Origin: Promethearchaeota archaeon
Lineage (GTDB): Archaea; Asgardarchaeota; Lokiarchaeia; Sigyniarchaeales; SOKP01
Reading direction: 5' to 3'
NCBI GenBank assembly: GCA_030599585.1
Contig: JAUVNS010000014.1
Coordinates: 32,001 to 96,000 of the forward strand
Length of the DNA: 64,000 bases
Of the stretch, positions 9,612-20,312 are shown piece by piece; position 1 is the first letter of the stretch; each line of letters starts with the position of its first letter. The position numbers and the translations under genes are program-made. Below the pieces are notes generated by a model. That model saw only the letters and a list, made by a program, of their open reading frames with translations, did no database searches and was not told the DNA's origin.

Positions 9612-10499
9612 TTAAGAAGTTAATGTAATTTCATCTCCAGTAAAACCCCACGATTTTAGAATTTCTCCTGCTTCGTTCATCATTGTTTCGATTAATTCAT
9701 TAATGGAAAATGATTCTTTTTGATGCGCTATAGCTGCTGATAATACATTAGTGCTTTTTAACTCTCGATGGTATAATTTTCTATGATAATCTTCAGAAAG
9801 CACATTCATCTTCAACCATTTTTCTTTCACGTCTTTGGAAGCAGGACTTTCTTGAGTTGTAAGAATAGCTGATCCTAAACATACGCCTTCAGCACCCATG
9901 CCTAAAGCCCCCAAAAATCCTCTTGCGTCACCAATTCCGCCTGCGGCAATTATGGGGGTTTTCAATAATCGTTTCGCCAGAGTAATATTCATTAAAGTCG
10001 TATGCTGAAAAGGATTTTTAAATCCAGAAGCTTCCATTCCAATTAATGTAATAGCATTAGCCCCTGCTCTTCCTGCCGAAATTGCATGTCTTAGTAAAGC
10101 ACATTTATGAAACCAGAAACACCCTGCTTCTTTTATTCTTTTTCCAAGATGCGTTGCTTGATACGCTGAGGTAGTAAAAACTTTTATTCCTTCGTCAATA
10201 GCAATTTCCAGATACTTTAAGTAATCTTCTTTGGAAACATGACTAAGAGGATCAAATGTTCTTACTCCGGGTGGTAAGACAGTCAAATTAACGCCAAAAG
10301 GCTTATCCGTCAATTCTCTCATTTTTATAAGCTCTGATTTAAAATTGCTGATTTTATAATTTAAACCAGTAATAATCCCTAATCCTCCAGCGTTTGAAAA
10401 AGAAGCTGCAAATTCGGTTCGTCCTAAACCTGCAAATGCCGCCATAATTAAAGGGTATTTAGTACCCATCATTTTATTTATAGATGTGCTCCAAATCAA
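9612..10499 (-). CDS. Nitronate monooxygenase / FabK-like flavoenzyme
   Basis: SNAGGLG, TDKPFGVN, PIIAAGGIGDARG, GAEGVCLGS. Confidence 0.85.
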   Translation of the reverse strand: MIWSTSINKMMGTKYPLIMAAFAGLGRTEFAASFSNAGGLGIITGLNYKISNFKSELIKMRELTDKPFGVNLTVLPPGVRTFDPLSHVSKEDYLKYLEIAIDEGIKVFTTSAYQATHLGKRIKEAGCFWFHKCALLRHAISAGRAGANAITLIGMEASGFKNPFQHTTLMNITLAKRLLKTPIIAAGGIGDARGFLGALGMGAEGVCLGSAILTTQESPASKDVKEKWLKMNVLSEDYHRKLYHRELKSTNVLSAAIAHQKESFSINELIETMMNEAGEILKSWGFTGDEITLTS

Positions 10500-10505
10500 T
10501 CCAAA

Positions 10506-11375
10506 TCACTCTTTAATTCCTAATATCGTAGAAGCATTTTGTCCCATAATCCTCTTTTTAAATCCTTCTGAAATGGGTAAATTTTTTGCAGCGGGTACTA
10601 TTTTATTCCAATGAACTAAGGGATGATCAGATCCAAAAAGGATCTTATGTTCAATATTATATTTTACATAAGCATCCCAAGGAAAATATTGATAAAGATC
10701 AGGATTGGCAGAAATATCTGCATACACATTTGGATGCCTCAATAATACAGAATATGTGTCCCAGAACCAAGGAACTCCCATGTGCCCAATTATAATAGTT
10801 AAATCTTCGTTTCGCATTGCCATTTCATCTATGAGCAGAGGATGACCGTATTTTGCTATAGCTCCTCCAGTGCTTACTTGATGTCCACCGTGCGTCCATA
10901 ATGGTAAATTATTATCAACCATTTTCCGCCATAGCGGATCGTATTTTTTATCTGAGATATCAAATTTCTGAGCTGGTGGGACAAGTTTAATGCCCTTTAA
11001 ATTCAAGGAAGAGATTGCATATTCTAGTTGTTCCATAGCGTCCGAAGCAGGGGGATCAATGCCTGCAAATCCAATTAGCCTATTAGGGTGTAATTTAACA
11101 AGATTTGCTACATCGTCGTTCGTAACAAGAGTTATGCCATACGCAGTCTTGATATTAAAACTTACAATAACAGATTTATCAATACCGAATTTATCCATTA
11201 AAACGATGTAATTATCAATTGAGATATTTTCTTTCAAGTATTTAAAAGCTCTGTACATGTATTTTTCTTTTTGAGCGTCCAACCCATACATAGCTTTACA
11301 GATTTTTTTCGGATCATCCCAACTAACTTCCTTACATAGAGGATGTACATGCATATCTATAATCAATCTTTTCAC
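10506..11375 (-). CDS. Amidohydrolase_2 family protein
   Basis: IIDMHVH, GHMG, NVYADIS, ILFGSDHP. Confidence 0.85.
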   Translation of the reverse strand: MKRLIIDMHVHPLCKEVSWDDPKKICKAMYGLDAQKEKYMYRAFKYLKENISIDNYIVLMDKFGIDKSVIVSFNIKTAYGITLVTNDDVANLVKLHPNRLIGFAGIDPPASDAMEQLEYAISSLNLKGIKLVPPAQKFDISDKKYDPLWRKMVDNNLPLWTHGGHQVSTGGAIAKYGHPLLIDEMAMRNEDLTIIIGHMGVPWFWDTYSVLLRHPNVYADISANPDLYQYFPWDAYVKYNIEHKILFGSDHPLVHWNKIVPAAKNLPISEGFKKRIMGQNASTILGIKE

Positions 11376-11500
11376 TCCACTCGATTAATCTCAAACTATT
11401 AGGTTAATTAAATTAAAATTTTTACATAAAGAAATAATCTATAGTTTTTTAAACTTTGATATAATATTTTTTTTATATTATTTGTAAGTTTGGGATTTTT

Positions 11501-11938
11501 ATGAACGATCTTGAAGCTCAAAAATTAGAAATTATGCGAGCATTAGCTACTTATCGAAATGGGAAGAATTACGACGTTTATATGATTCATTTTAAATGTG
11601 ACAATGTGTTTAGATTTACGGGTAATAAACCAACCTTTTATAAGGTGTTGGATTTACTTGTAAAGGAAGATTTAGTCCGAATTATCCCTTATGATGTTGA
11701 AACATGTCAGAGGGATGTTTATGAGTTGACAGAAAAAGCTAAAACAAAATATGGAATAGACGTATCTGATCGATCGTATCATATCCCACGGGAAAGAGAG
11801 CCAGAAAAATATGTTAATTCTGCTGGACAAATAGTAGGAACAAAAAAAGCTATGACTAAGGGAGAACTTTACGCAGTATTAGTAGGAATTTGCATAGTTA
11901 CCATGATGGCAATACCTGTGTTGATATTTCTCGCATGA
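11501..11938 (+). CDS. Hypothetical winged-helix-like protein with C-terminal TM anchor
   Basis: FYKVLDLLVKEDLV...RDVYELTEKAK resembles a wHTH wing; terminal hydrophobic helix. Confidence 0.55.
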   Translation: MNDLEAQKLEIMRALATYRNGKNYDVYMIHFKCDNVFRFTGNKPTFYKVLDLLVKEDLVRIIPYDVETCQRDVYELTEKAKTKYGIDVSDRSYHIPREREPEKYVNSAGQIVGTKKAMTKGELYAVLVGICIVTMMAIPVLIFLA

Positions 11939-12161
11939 TAGATAATTTTTACTAAATTCAAATTATAAGAGCTCATATGCTTCATTTTTAAGTGTTTAAC
12001 CTTCGATTGTTCTGAAATATATATAAGTTTCGCTCATTCAATTGTTATTTGAACGGTACCATTCAATTGAAGATTGATGTATGAGAAAAAAAAATGAAAT
12101 ATGAACACCGACTATCATAGTAATAACCTTTAATTTTAGTTGAATTGATAAGTTAGAAAAT

Positions 12162-13493
12162 TTATAAAAAATTATCCATCGTTCTCTGATTTTTAACGAA
12201 ATTAATAAGTTTACTACTTTGTTTCCAGTATTTGTAGCTTACCATGAACCCCTCTGCCATTTTTTTTGTTGAATCGTTAAAATTGTCAAGGATTAGAGGA
12301 TTTCCTTTCGCCATAGCATCTTTAATAGACTCTCTGATAACCCATACACCTAAGGGTACGATATAACCACCTTGTACTTCGCGAAAGATTAGAACTCTAG
12401 CTTGTCTACCAATTTTATATAAATACTCGCAAACCTCTTTTCGAGCCGCATAATAAGCACCAGTGATATTGCTCGCGTAATTCTTTCTGCCTTTGTAGAA
12501 CTCAAAATCGGTCATTATCTGAGGTTTTAAGCTACGATTATCTCCATCAAGAGAGATGTTCCATAAAGTATTAGGAGCCCATACCTCGTTCATCTCGTAA
12601 GTAAACTTGCCGGGAAAAAGTAGTATTTTAAAGTGATTATCTAGGTAAGTACTTTCAAATATACGATAATCGTTAATCTCAGGAAATTTTTTTATTTCTT
12701 TAATCAATGCTTTAGAGATAATATCATCGACTGCAGTTATACTCCATCGTGTGGGAACAATTCTACGCTTTGTTTTTTTACCCAATAACCCAGCTGAAAA
12801 AACTCTCTTAATTGTTGATTCTGGAACATGTCCTTTAAAGTAGAGATATTCTGACACCGCTTCAGTTGCATTTAAATCTGTATCGGAAACGACATAATCT
12901 ACTTTTGGGTGGATTTTAGTATTTTCTGTAATTCTTATCTTCTCAGTCGTTCCGGTAGGTCCCATAGGCAACGAGTGATTATCCATCATCATTCTAAGAC
13001 TCATTTTCTCCAACTTTGTTTCAGTATCTACAGGACGGGCTGCCATCGATAACTCCTGTGAGGTCTCCAGTAATCTTTGAATTTTTAAAGAAGGTGTGTT
13101 TTTACGACTCTTTTTTCCAATATTAACGTCGATTTTAAAATTATTACGCACTAAACTACTTCTATATTTGACGATTTCAAGTAAACTTTTGCCAAACCAC
13201 AATTCGGGAGCATCTAAAATGTGATAATCTGAAATGTTTAAGTCTATTTCGAATTCTTGAAAGGGAACTAGCGGACCGAGATATACTTTTGGATAATTAA
13301 AATGTCCAACGAAAAATCCAGGAGGGCTTGGTCCAGACAGTTCAACATTCCGAAGAGTTTTATCAAGCTCAAACGGAACTAAAGATTTCATAACAGACTT
13401 TTTTAATAAGATTGGGCATGTTTTTTTACCACATAGCAAACGTGAACCTTTACATCGCAAGCAGATATTTTTTTCTGTGGGAGGTCGAACCAA
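12162..13493 (-). CDS. nreA: Archaeal DNA repair protein Nre
   Basis: CLRCKG..LCGKKTCP, IVPTRWSITAVDD, PLGVWVIRE, C-terminal PIP box QRTMDNFL. Confidence 0.9.
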   Translation of the reverse strand: MVRPPTEKNICLRCKGSRLLCGKKTCPILLKKSVMKSLVPFELDKTLRNVELSGPSPPGFFVGHFNYPKVYLGPLVPFQEFEIDLNISDYHILDAPELWFGKSLLEIVKYRSSLVRNNFKIDVNIGKKSRKNTPSLKIQRLLETSQELSMAARPVDTETKLEKMSLRMMMDNHSLPMGPTGTTEKIRITENTKIHPKVDYVVSDTDLNATEAVSEYLYFKGHVPESTIKRVFSAGLLGKKTKRRIVPTRWSITAVDDIISKALIKEIKKFPEINDYRIFESTYLDNHFKILLFPGKFTYEMNEVWAPNTLWNISLDGDNRSLKPQIMTDFEFYKGRKNYASNITGAYYAARKEVCEYLYKIGRQARVLIFREVQGGYIVPLGVWVIRESIKDAMAKGNPLILDNFNDSTKKMAEGFMVSYKYWKQSSKLINFVKNQRTMDNFL

Positions 13494-13796
13494 TCTCGTG
13501 TCTCTTTAAAAATTATTATCTTTATTAGAAAATATCCTATTTATTATTAAAAAGGTAGACGAGTATAAATTTTTAATATTTATAAAAGAATTAGTATAAA
13601 TTTTTTATTGAGTGTACGTGTTGTTGATGTTCCATTTAAGATTTTTGGATGATTACTCAGTAAATATTCGAAGCGATAAAGCATAATTGGACGATGTATG
13701 CTGAGCATCAATTTATATAGAATGCAATCTAATAAGAATAATATAGAATGCTGTCTAATTAGAGTTAGGTTTTGCAAAACTATTGGAGGAATACTT

Positions 13797-14768
13797 ATGA
13801 AAGCGATTGTATGGACAAAATACGGAGCTCCGGATGTTCTTCAGCTCCAAGAGATAGAAAAACCTACTCCCAAGGACAACGAAGTACTGATAAAAGTATT
13901 AGCGGCAACTGTAACCGCTGGGGATTGTGAAGTTCGAAGTTCCAAATTCCCTCTCTGGTTATGGATCATCATGCGATTATATATTGGTCTCAGAAAACCA
14001 AAAAGAATAACTATACTAGGGCAGGAGCTAGCCGGTAAAATTGAATCAGTAGGTAAAGATGTAACACTATTTAAGAAAGGTGACCAAATTTTTGCATCAC
14101 CATTTTTTGGTTCTTATGCTGAGTATATGTGTTTGCCTGAAGACGGGGTGTTGGCAATAAAACCGGCTAATATGACCTATGAGGAAGCCGCCACCGTTCC
14201 TACCGGGGGGTTTACTTCATTGCATTTTCTTAGAAAAGGAAATATCCAGAGCGGACAAAGGGTTTTGATTAACGGTGCAGGTGGAAGCATAGGTACTATT
14301 GGTGTACAGCTTGCCAAGTACTTTGGGGGTGAAGTGACTGCCGTGGATAGCACGATGAAATTGGACATGTTGCGCTCCATTGGTGCAGACAAGGTCATAG
14401 ATTACACTCAAGAAGATTTCACCAAAAACGGTGAGACCTATGATGTTATTTTTGACATAGTAGGTAAGAGTTCGTTTTCAGGTAGTATAAAATCACTAAA
14501 GAAAAAAGGATTTTATCTTATAGCTAACCCTACGCTGTCAAAGATGGTTCGAGGGAAATGGACTTCAATGATTAGCAGCAAGAAAGTAATAACTAAGATG
14601 GCAAAAGATAATATTGAAGATCTAAACTTTTTTAGAGAGCTTATTGAGGCGGGGAACCTAAAAACAGTCATAGATAGACGCTATCCGTTGGAACAAATTA
14701 TCGAGGCTCACAGCTATGTTGACACAGGGCAGAAAACGGGAAATGTAGTAATAACTTTTGGACTATAA
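13797..14768 (+). CDS. MDR-family NAD(P)-dependent oxidoreductase, copy 1
   Basis: [21 protein letters not shown]; GGAGG RBS before ATG 13797. Confidence 0.9.
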   Translation: MKAIVWTKYGAPDVLQLQEIEKPTPKDNEVLIKVLAATVTAGDCEVRSSKFPLWLWIIMRLYIGLRKPKRITILGQELAGKIESVGKDVTLFKKGDQIFASPFFGSYAEYMCLPEDGVLAIKPANMTYEEAATVPTGGFTSLHFLRKGNIQSGQRVLINGAGGSIGTIGVQLAKYFGGEVTAVDSTMKLDMLRSIGADKVIDYTQEDFTKNGETYDVIFDIVGKSSFSGSIKSLKKKGFYLIANPTLSKMVRGKWTSMISSKKVITKMAKDNIEDLNFFRELIEAGNLKTVIDRRYPLEQIIEAHSYVDTGQKTGNVVITFGL

Positions 14769-14836
14769 TAACAAAATCTAACATTTTGGGACAATTTTTA
14801 AAAATTTGTATCAATCAAAAAAGGAAGGATAAATAA

Positions 14837-15814
14837 ATGAAAGCGATTGTATACACAAAATACGGATCACCGGATGTTCTTCAGCTCAAAGAGGTAGAAA
14901 AACCTACTCCGAAGGATAATGAAGTACTGGTAAAAATTCATGTAGCATCCTTAAATGCAGCTGACTTAGATTACATGAGAGGTAACGCCTTAATCCGCTT
15001 CGGAGGGCTTCGAAAGCCAAAATACAAGATACTCGGATCGGATGTAGCTGGACGGATTGAAGCAGTTGGCAAAAACGTAAAGCAATTTCAGCCGGGTGAT
15101 GAGATATTTGGGGACTCATTCGGTTGTGGTTTTGGCGCTTTTGCTGAGTGGGTATGTGTTCCTGAAAATAAATTAGCGCTGAAACCGGCCAGTATGACTT
15201 TCGAGGAAGTAGCGACATTACCCCAAGCAGGGTTACTCGCCCTGCAGGGTCTTCGCGATAAAAGACAGATTCAGCCGGGGCAAAAAGTTTTGATTAATGG
15301 TGCGGGTGGTGGTACGGGTTCTTTTGCTGTGCAGATTGCCAAATCATTCGGGGCTGAAGTGACTGGCGTGGACAGCAAGGCGAAATTGGATATGATGCGC
15401 TCAATAGGTGCTGACCATGTCATTGATTACACTCAAGAAGATTTCACTAAAAGTGGGCTGCGTTATGATCTGATTCTTGATGTTGTGGTATCTCGTTCGA
15501 TTTCTGATTATAAGCATGTTTTAAGTCCCAAGGGAATTCTTCGCATGGTCGGAGGTTCCATGGCTCGAGTTTTCAAAGCTGTGTTACTAGGACCGTTGAT
15601 TTCAAGGAGTAAGAAAATGAGTATTGTGGTGTGGAAATCAATGAAAAAAGAAGATTTGGTTTTTATGAAAGAGCTTTTTGAAGCCGGCAAAGTAGTACCT
15701 GTTATCGATAGGCGTTACCCGTTAAGTAAGGTTGCTGAAGCTCTCCGGTATCTTGAAGAAGGACACGTCCAAGGAAAAGTAGTCATAACTGTGGAAAATA
15801 ATAACATAGCCTAA
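14837..15814 (+). CDS. MDR-family NAD(P)-dependent oxidoreductase, copy 2
   Basis: [26 protein letters not shown]. Confidence 0.9.
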   Translation: MKAIVYTKYGSPDVLQLKEVEKPTPKDNEVLVKIHVASLNAADLDYMRGNALIRFGGLRKPKYKILGSDVAGRIEAVGKNVKQFQPGDEIFGDSFGCGFGAFAEWVCVPENKLALKPASMTFEEVATLPQAGLLALQGLRDKRQIQPGQKVLINGAGGGTGSFAVQIAKSFGAEVTGVDSKAKLDMMRSIGADHVIDYTQEDFTKSGLRYDLILDVVVSRSISDYKHVLSPKGILRMVGGSMARVFKAVLLGPLISRSKKMSIVVWKSMKKEDLVFMKELFEAGKVVPVIDRRYPLSKVAEALRYLEEGHVQGKVVITVENNNIA

Positions 15815-15948
15815 CAAAGTAACTTTCCAGGACAATTTAAATAATAAAAAGAAATGGAAGAAAAAATGAAGACCATCGCATTAAGTTCTGAAGAGCAATA
15901 TAATGAATAATATTATTACCAAAAATAATTAATTATCATAGAAGTATT

Positions 15949-16833
15949 ATGGATGAAATTGACTTTATTATTCTTAAAAAACTAATAGAAAATTGTCGCG
16001 TGACATATAGAGAATTAGCGGAAATAATCGATATGTCCATAACAACAATTCATAAACGAATGAAAAGTCTTGTAGACGGTGGGATTATCAATGCTTTTAC
16101 TGCACGACCAAGCATAATAGCATTAAAAAGTCTGGTAGTTGTGATATTTGGCACTTCTAAAGCAAAATCATTGGAAGCTGTTAGTCAAGAGTTAGGGCAA
16201 CATGAGAGCATTATGGGTATTGGCATAGCGGGAGGAAAATTTCTCAGTATAGCTGCTTATTTAAGGAATATATCAGAACTTCAAGAATTTAGTAGTTATG
16301 TCTCAAATACGGGTCAGATCAGTGAGCCAATAATAGGAATAGTTAATGTACCTTACATGACAACACCAGAACCACTAACAACTATTGATTATAAAATTCT
16401 AAAGAGTTTGAATAGAGATGCAAGGAAAACGATAATAGATATTGCTGAAGATGTAGGAGTCTCTGCTAAAACTATTAGAAAACGATTAGGTCGAATGATT
16501 GAGAATAATCTAGCTGAATTTAGCATTGAATGGACACCTTTGTATAAAAATTGTTTTATAACAATTTTTCATCTATTTTTAAACGAAGGAACTAATATTA
16601 ATTCTACAATTCAGCATCTTAACGAGAAATACTCTCAGAATATTTCTTATTGCACTAGCTATAGTAATATTCCACACTTTATTTCAATGGACACATGGGG
16701 AAAAAATCCTCAAGACTTCCAGAAAATTCATGAAGAGCTGCAAACCGAAGGATTCAAAGATATCATTCCATATATAGTTCACTCAGTAAAGTATTTTGAT
16801 TGTTGGGTAGATCAATTACTTAGAACTAAATGA
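15949..16833 (+). CDS. Lrp/AsnC-family regulator with two HTH units
   Basis: MDEIDFIILKKL..R..ELA and LTTIDYKILKSLNRDARK..DIA. Confidence 0.85.
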   Translation: MDEIDFIILKKLIENCRVTYRELAEIIDMSITTIHKRMKSLVDGGIINAFTARPSIIALKSLVVVIFGTSKAKSLEAVSQELGQHESIMGIGIAGGKFLSIAAYLRNISELQEFSSYVSNTGQISEPIIGIVNVPYMTTPEPLTTIDYKILKSLNRDARKTIIDIAEDVGVSAKTIRKRLGRMIENNLAEFSIEWTPLYKNCFITIFHLFLNEGTNINSTIQHLNEKYSQNISYCTSYSNIPHFISMDTWGKNPQDFQKIHEELQTEGFKDIIPYIVHSVKYFDCWVDQLLRTK

Positions 16834-17110
16834 AAGAATAGTTTTTTATATTCCAAAATTTAACCTAAATCACTAAAATTTTGATACTTTTAGTTCCCAA
16901 ATTTTACCTTAGAATAGAAAAATTTAGAGTTTTTTGAGATTTTAGATTGTTTTTAATCTTAAGATTTTATGATAAAATACCTTTTCCTTCAATTTAATGA
17001 CTATAAGCTTCCATAGTTAATTTTTTTAATTATTTAGTAAACATGGTTTTATTAGAGTTTTAATCGGTATTAAATTTAATAATAAAAAATATTTAAAAAG
17101 GTGATAAAAA

Positions 17111-18046
17111 GTGAAAGCAATGGTATATACAAAATACGGGGGTCCGGAGGTTTTTCATCTCAAGGAGGTAGAAAAACCTACTCCCAAGGAAAATGAAATA
17201 CTGGTAAAAGTATATGCGACAACAGTAAATGCAGCGGTGAAGAATAGTCGAAGAGGTATACACCCAGATTCCAAATTTTTTACTCTCGCGTTGCGATTAA
17301 TGATGGGTCTCAGAAAGCCAAGAAAACCTATACTAGGGTATGAGCTAGCCGGGGAAATTGAAGCAGTAGGCAAAGATGTAAAACTATTTAAGAAAGGGGA
17401 CCAAGTTTTTGGTAGTACCACCGGGTTGAAGAATGGTGCTTATGCTGAGTACGTATGTCTGCCAGAAGAATGGAAGCAAGGGATGGTGGCAATAAAACCG
17501 GTCAATATGACCTTTGAGGAGGCCGCTGCTGTTAGTACTGGAGCAACTACAGCGTTGTGCTTTCTTAGAAAAGGAAATATCCAGAGCGGACAAAAAGTTC
17601 TTATCTATGGAGCTTCTGGAAGTAATGGTACTTTTGCGGTACAGCTTGCCAAGTACTTTGGGGCAGAAGTTACCGGAGTATGCAGTACCACAAATTTAGA
17701 ATTAGTTAAATCTTTGGGAGCCGATAATGTAATTGACTACACCAAAGAGGATTTTGCAGAAAGAGGAGAGCTTTATGATCTCATTTTTGATGCCGTTGGA
17801 AAAAGCTCAGCTTCACATTGTAAGAAGGCATTAGCTCCGAACGGGAAATTCGTAACAGTTAAAAAAGGATACTTTAAGGAAACGAATGAGCTTTTAATTT
17901 TTCTAAGAGAGCTTATTGAGGAGGGAAAGCTAAAATCGGCCATAGATAGGAGCTATCCCTTGGAACAAATGGTCGAAGCTCATACCTACGTTGATAAAGG
18001 GCACAAAAAGGGAAATGTAGTAATTACAATAGAGGGCGTGGTATAA
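17111..18046 (+). CDS. MDR-family NAD(P)-dependent oxidoreductase, copy 3
   Basis: [21 protein letters not shown]; GGTGA 6 nt before GTG. Confidence 0.9.
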   Translation: MKAMVYTKYGGPEVFHLKEVEKPTPKENEILVKVYATTVNAAVKNSRRGIHPDSKFFTLALRLMMGLRKPRKPILGYELAGEIEAVGKDVKLFKKGDQVFGSTTGLKNGAYAEYVCLPEEWKQGMVAIKPVNMTFEEAAAVSTGATTALCFLRKGNIQSGQKVLIYGASGSNGTFAVQLAKYFGAEVTGVCSTTNLELVKSLGADNVIDYTKEDFAERGELYDLIFDAVGKSSASHCKKALAPNGKFVTVKKGYFKETNELLIFLRELIEEGKLKSAIDRSYPLEQMVEAHTYVDKGHKKGNVVITIEGVV

Positions 18047-18048
18047 GT

Positions 18049-18408
18049 ATGGACGATGTGAAGGTAATACTTTCATTCATATGGGTAGCTTTAATGTTAT
18101 GTTTTTTGTTAGGTGATGTGATGCGAATATTTGCTGGAGATTTTGAACCAGGAAAATTAGAAGGTAAACCAATGTCTCAGAAAGTGTACTTGGGATTATC
18201 AATAATGATGGTGATTCCGATTCTTATGGTTGTCCTGACCCTGACATTGGATTATCCTATTAATAGCTGGGTAAACATCATCGTAGCCATTATCTTTTTT
18301 GGTTTTAATCTCATTGGAATGAGGGGTATGAAGATTTATGATAAATTTTTGATCATTGTAAGTCTTGGGTTTAATGTACTGACTGTTTGGTATGCATTTA
18401 CTTGGTGA
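18049..18408 (+). CDS. Small 4-TM membrane protein (DUF6326-like)
   Basis: Four hydrophobic helices; 2 nt after the MDR stop. Confidence 0.65.
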   Translation: MDDVKVILSFIWVALMLCFLLGDVMRIFAGDFEPGKLEGKPMSQKVYLGLSIMMVIPILMVVLTLTLDYPINSWVNIIVAIIFFGFNLIGMRGMKIYDKFLIIVSLGFNVLTVWYAFTW

Positions 18409-18527
18409 AAAAAATGGAAAAAAAAAGGTTATGATATCAACGACATCGCTCGAGTGCTAATGGTGCTCTGAAATTGTATGATAGGTAAATTCTATCATTT
18501 TTTTTACTATGAAAAAGGTGAATAAAA

Positions 18528-19028
18528 ATAAAACTATGGATAATATATAAGAACGGAATAGGATTCTCGAAGATTATTGCTGAAATGCTCCAGGATCTCT
18601 TGGAAGATTACCTTGATGTAGATGTAGGAAGGGTAAAAAAGATTGATCCTGCTTATTTGGTTGAAGAAAGGGTAGATTTTTTGATAATTGGAGATATTAT
18701 CAGTAAAGAAATCTCGAACTTGGAAATTCAAAATTGGTTGCTTAAATATGGGGAAATTACAAATATCAATAATTTCATTGTTAAAGCTATGTCAGGTTTT
18801 TATATTGCTCCTTCCGATATTAAAATCGAACCCCTCTGGGTTGAATCTCTTCAAGAGAATATAAACGCTGAAACGATTTATCCACCAATACTTCGTTTAA
18901 AGCTAAATAAAGCAGGTTTAGCATTAGAAAATAGAGCTCTTGATATAGTTAAAGAATATTCAAACGATTTTCTTGAATTTCTTATTAATAACAAAAAAAG
19001 AATAATAAAGAAGTTTATTGATGTATGA
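18528..19028 (+). CDS. Flavodoxin-like fold protein; probable ATA start (ORF track starts at 18585)
   Basis: In-frame upstream KLWIIYKNGIGFSKIIAEML is a flavodoxin beta1-alpha1 pattern; in-frame TGA at 18519; GGTGA lies 6 nt before ATA 18528. Confidence 0.6.
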   Translation: MKLWIIYKNGIGFSKIIAEMLQDLLEDYLDVDVGRVKKIDPAYLVEERVDFLIIGDIISKEISNLEIQNWLLKYGEITNINNFIVKAMSGFYIAPSDIKIEPLWVESLQENINAETIYPPILRLKLNKAGLALENRALDIVKEYSNDFLEFLINNKKRIIKKFIDV

Positions 19029-19100
19029 TGGGCATAACCAAGAAATTTTTAATATTTTATATTAAATAAGCACCATTCTATGAAAAGGCGATGATTAATA

Positions 19101-19472
19101 ATGAGTGATTATAATAAATATTCGATTGATCTTGAGGTAAAATTTAAGCCCTTAGAGATTATTGACATCTCAACTTTAGTAGCAAGCTGTTCAAAAAAAT
19201 GGCAAAACTTATCTCTATGTAATGTTAACGATTCTGTTTTAAGACTTGCCGTCATCGAGGGAGAATTTCATTGGCACAAACACGAAAAGGAAGACGAGTT
19301 CTTTTTCGTTATAGAAGGAGAGCTTTTAATTGATTTAGAGGATAAAACAGTAAGGTTAAAGCCCAATCAAGGTTTTACAGTACCAAAGGGATTAACCCAC
19401 CGTACAAGAGCTCCAACCCGCACATCGGTTTTATTGATAGAAAAAAAAACTATCATACCAACTGGAGATTAA
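19101..19472 (+). CDS. Cupin domain protein
   Basis: GEFHWHKHEKEDEFF..EG, VPKGLTHRT. Confidence 0.9.
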   Translation: MSDYNKYSIDLEVKFKPLEIIDISTLVASCSKKWQNLSLCNVNDSVLRLAVIEGEFHWHKHEKEDEFFFVIEGELLIDLEDKTVRLKPNQGFTVPKGLTHRTRAPTRTSVLLIEKKTIIPTGD

Positions 19473-19700
19473 TTTTTTTCATAATTTCTATACAAGTTTA
19501 CAAAAAGGATTAAATAGGAAAGATTGAAGAAATCGAGGGTTTTTCTTACTAATTTTATATTTTATAATTTTAATACTGAATTTACTTAATCCTTAATCGT
19601 TGAGCGCTTAATCCTCTTAAGAATATTCATCGAGACATATAAATTTTCTAATTTTTATCTACTGATAATAATCCTTAGTTCCAAATAGAGGTAAAATAAT

Positions 19701-20054
19701 ATGACTGAAAGTTTAGATAAAGAAAAACCTAAGGAAATAGAAAAAGAAGAAAGCAAACCCTCGAAATTAATAGCCTACCCCCAGATATGTGCTGTTGAAA
19801 ACGATGATAGTACTGGATTTGATATAGAAGTTTTTTTACCAGGGGTTGATAAAGACACAGTTAAGCTGAAAATGGATAGTGAATACATCCAAGTTTCAGG
19901 TGAAACAGATACAGTAAAATACACAGGTTTTTATAGTTTATGTTGTCCTGTTGAACCAAAAAAAGCTAAAACGACATACAAAGAAGGGTTGCTTAAAATC
20001 CATGTTCCTTATAGGGAAATAGAAATGCATACTATAGATATTAAAATAGATTAA
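19701..20054 (+). CDS. Hsp20/alpha-crystallin family protein
   Basis: LPGVDKD, AKTTYKEGLLKI. Confidence 0.85.
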   Translation: MTESLDKEKPKEIEKEESKPSKLIAYPQICAVENDDSTGFDIEVFLPGVDKDTVKLKMDSEYIQVSGETDTVKYTGFYSLCCPVEPKKAKTTYKEGLLKIHVPYREIEMHTIDIKID

Positions 20055-20095
20055 TTTTTTTTTTTATTTTTTTAAAGTTTAACTCAATTGAGAAG

Positions 20096-20269
20096 GTGAT
20101 ACCTATATCTCGCAAGTTGGAAGAATGTATAGAAAATATTGAGAAAAAGAAGGTTATGCCTCATAAAACTAGTAATCTCCTGAAAGATATCGAGTACGAT
20201 TCTAGAGTCTTAAAAGAAGAAATATGTGAGAATTTAGATGTAGAAAATGATAAAGAGGTAAATGATTAG
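20096..20269 (+). CDS. Small charged hypothetical protein (54-57 aa), not in ORF track
   Basis: Open frame (V)IPISRKLEECIENIEKKK...EVND*; AAGGTGA at 20093-20099; start either GTG 20096 or ATA 20105. Confidence 0.45.
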   Translation: MIPISRKLEECIENIEKKKVMPHKTSNLLKDIEYDSRVLKEEICENLDVENDKEVND

Positions 20270-20312
20270 CATCATTGTATCATTTCTAATCAAAATTATT
20301 TTTAATTTTTTT

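Noticed and set aside
12030-12072. CATTCAATTG twice and a near-palindrome TGAACGGTACCATTCA
   Set aside because: Too short and isolated to call a repeat element or CRISPR; lies between convergent genes
13580-13796. Minus-strand 65-aa ORF and the 33-aa N-terminal extension of MDR copy 1
   Set aside because: No protein-like signal; the RBS and paralog alignment place the start at 13797
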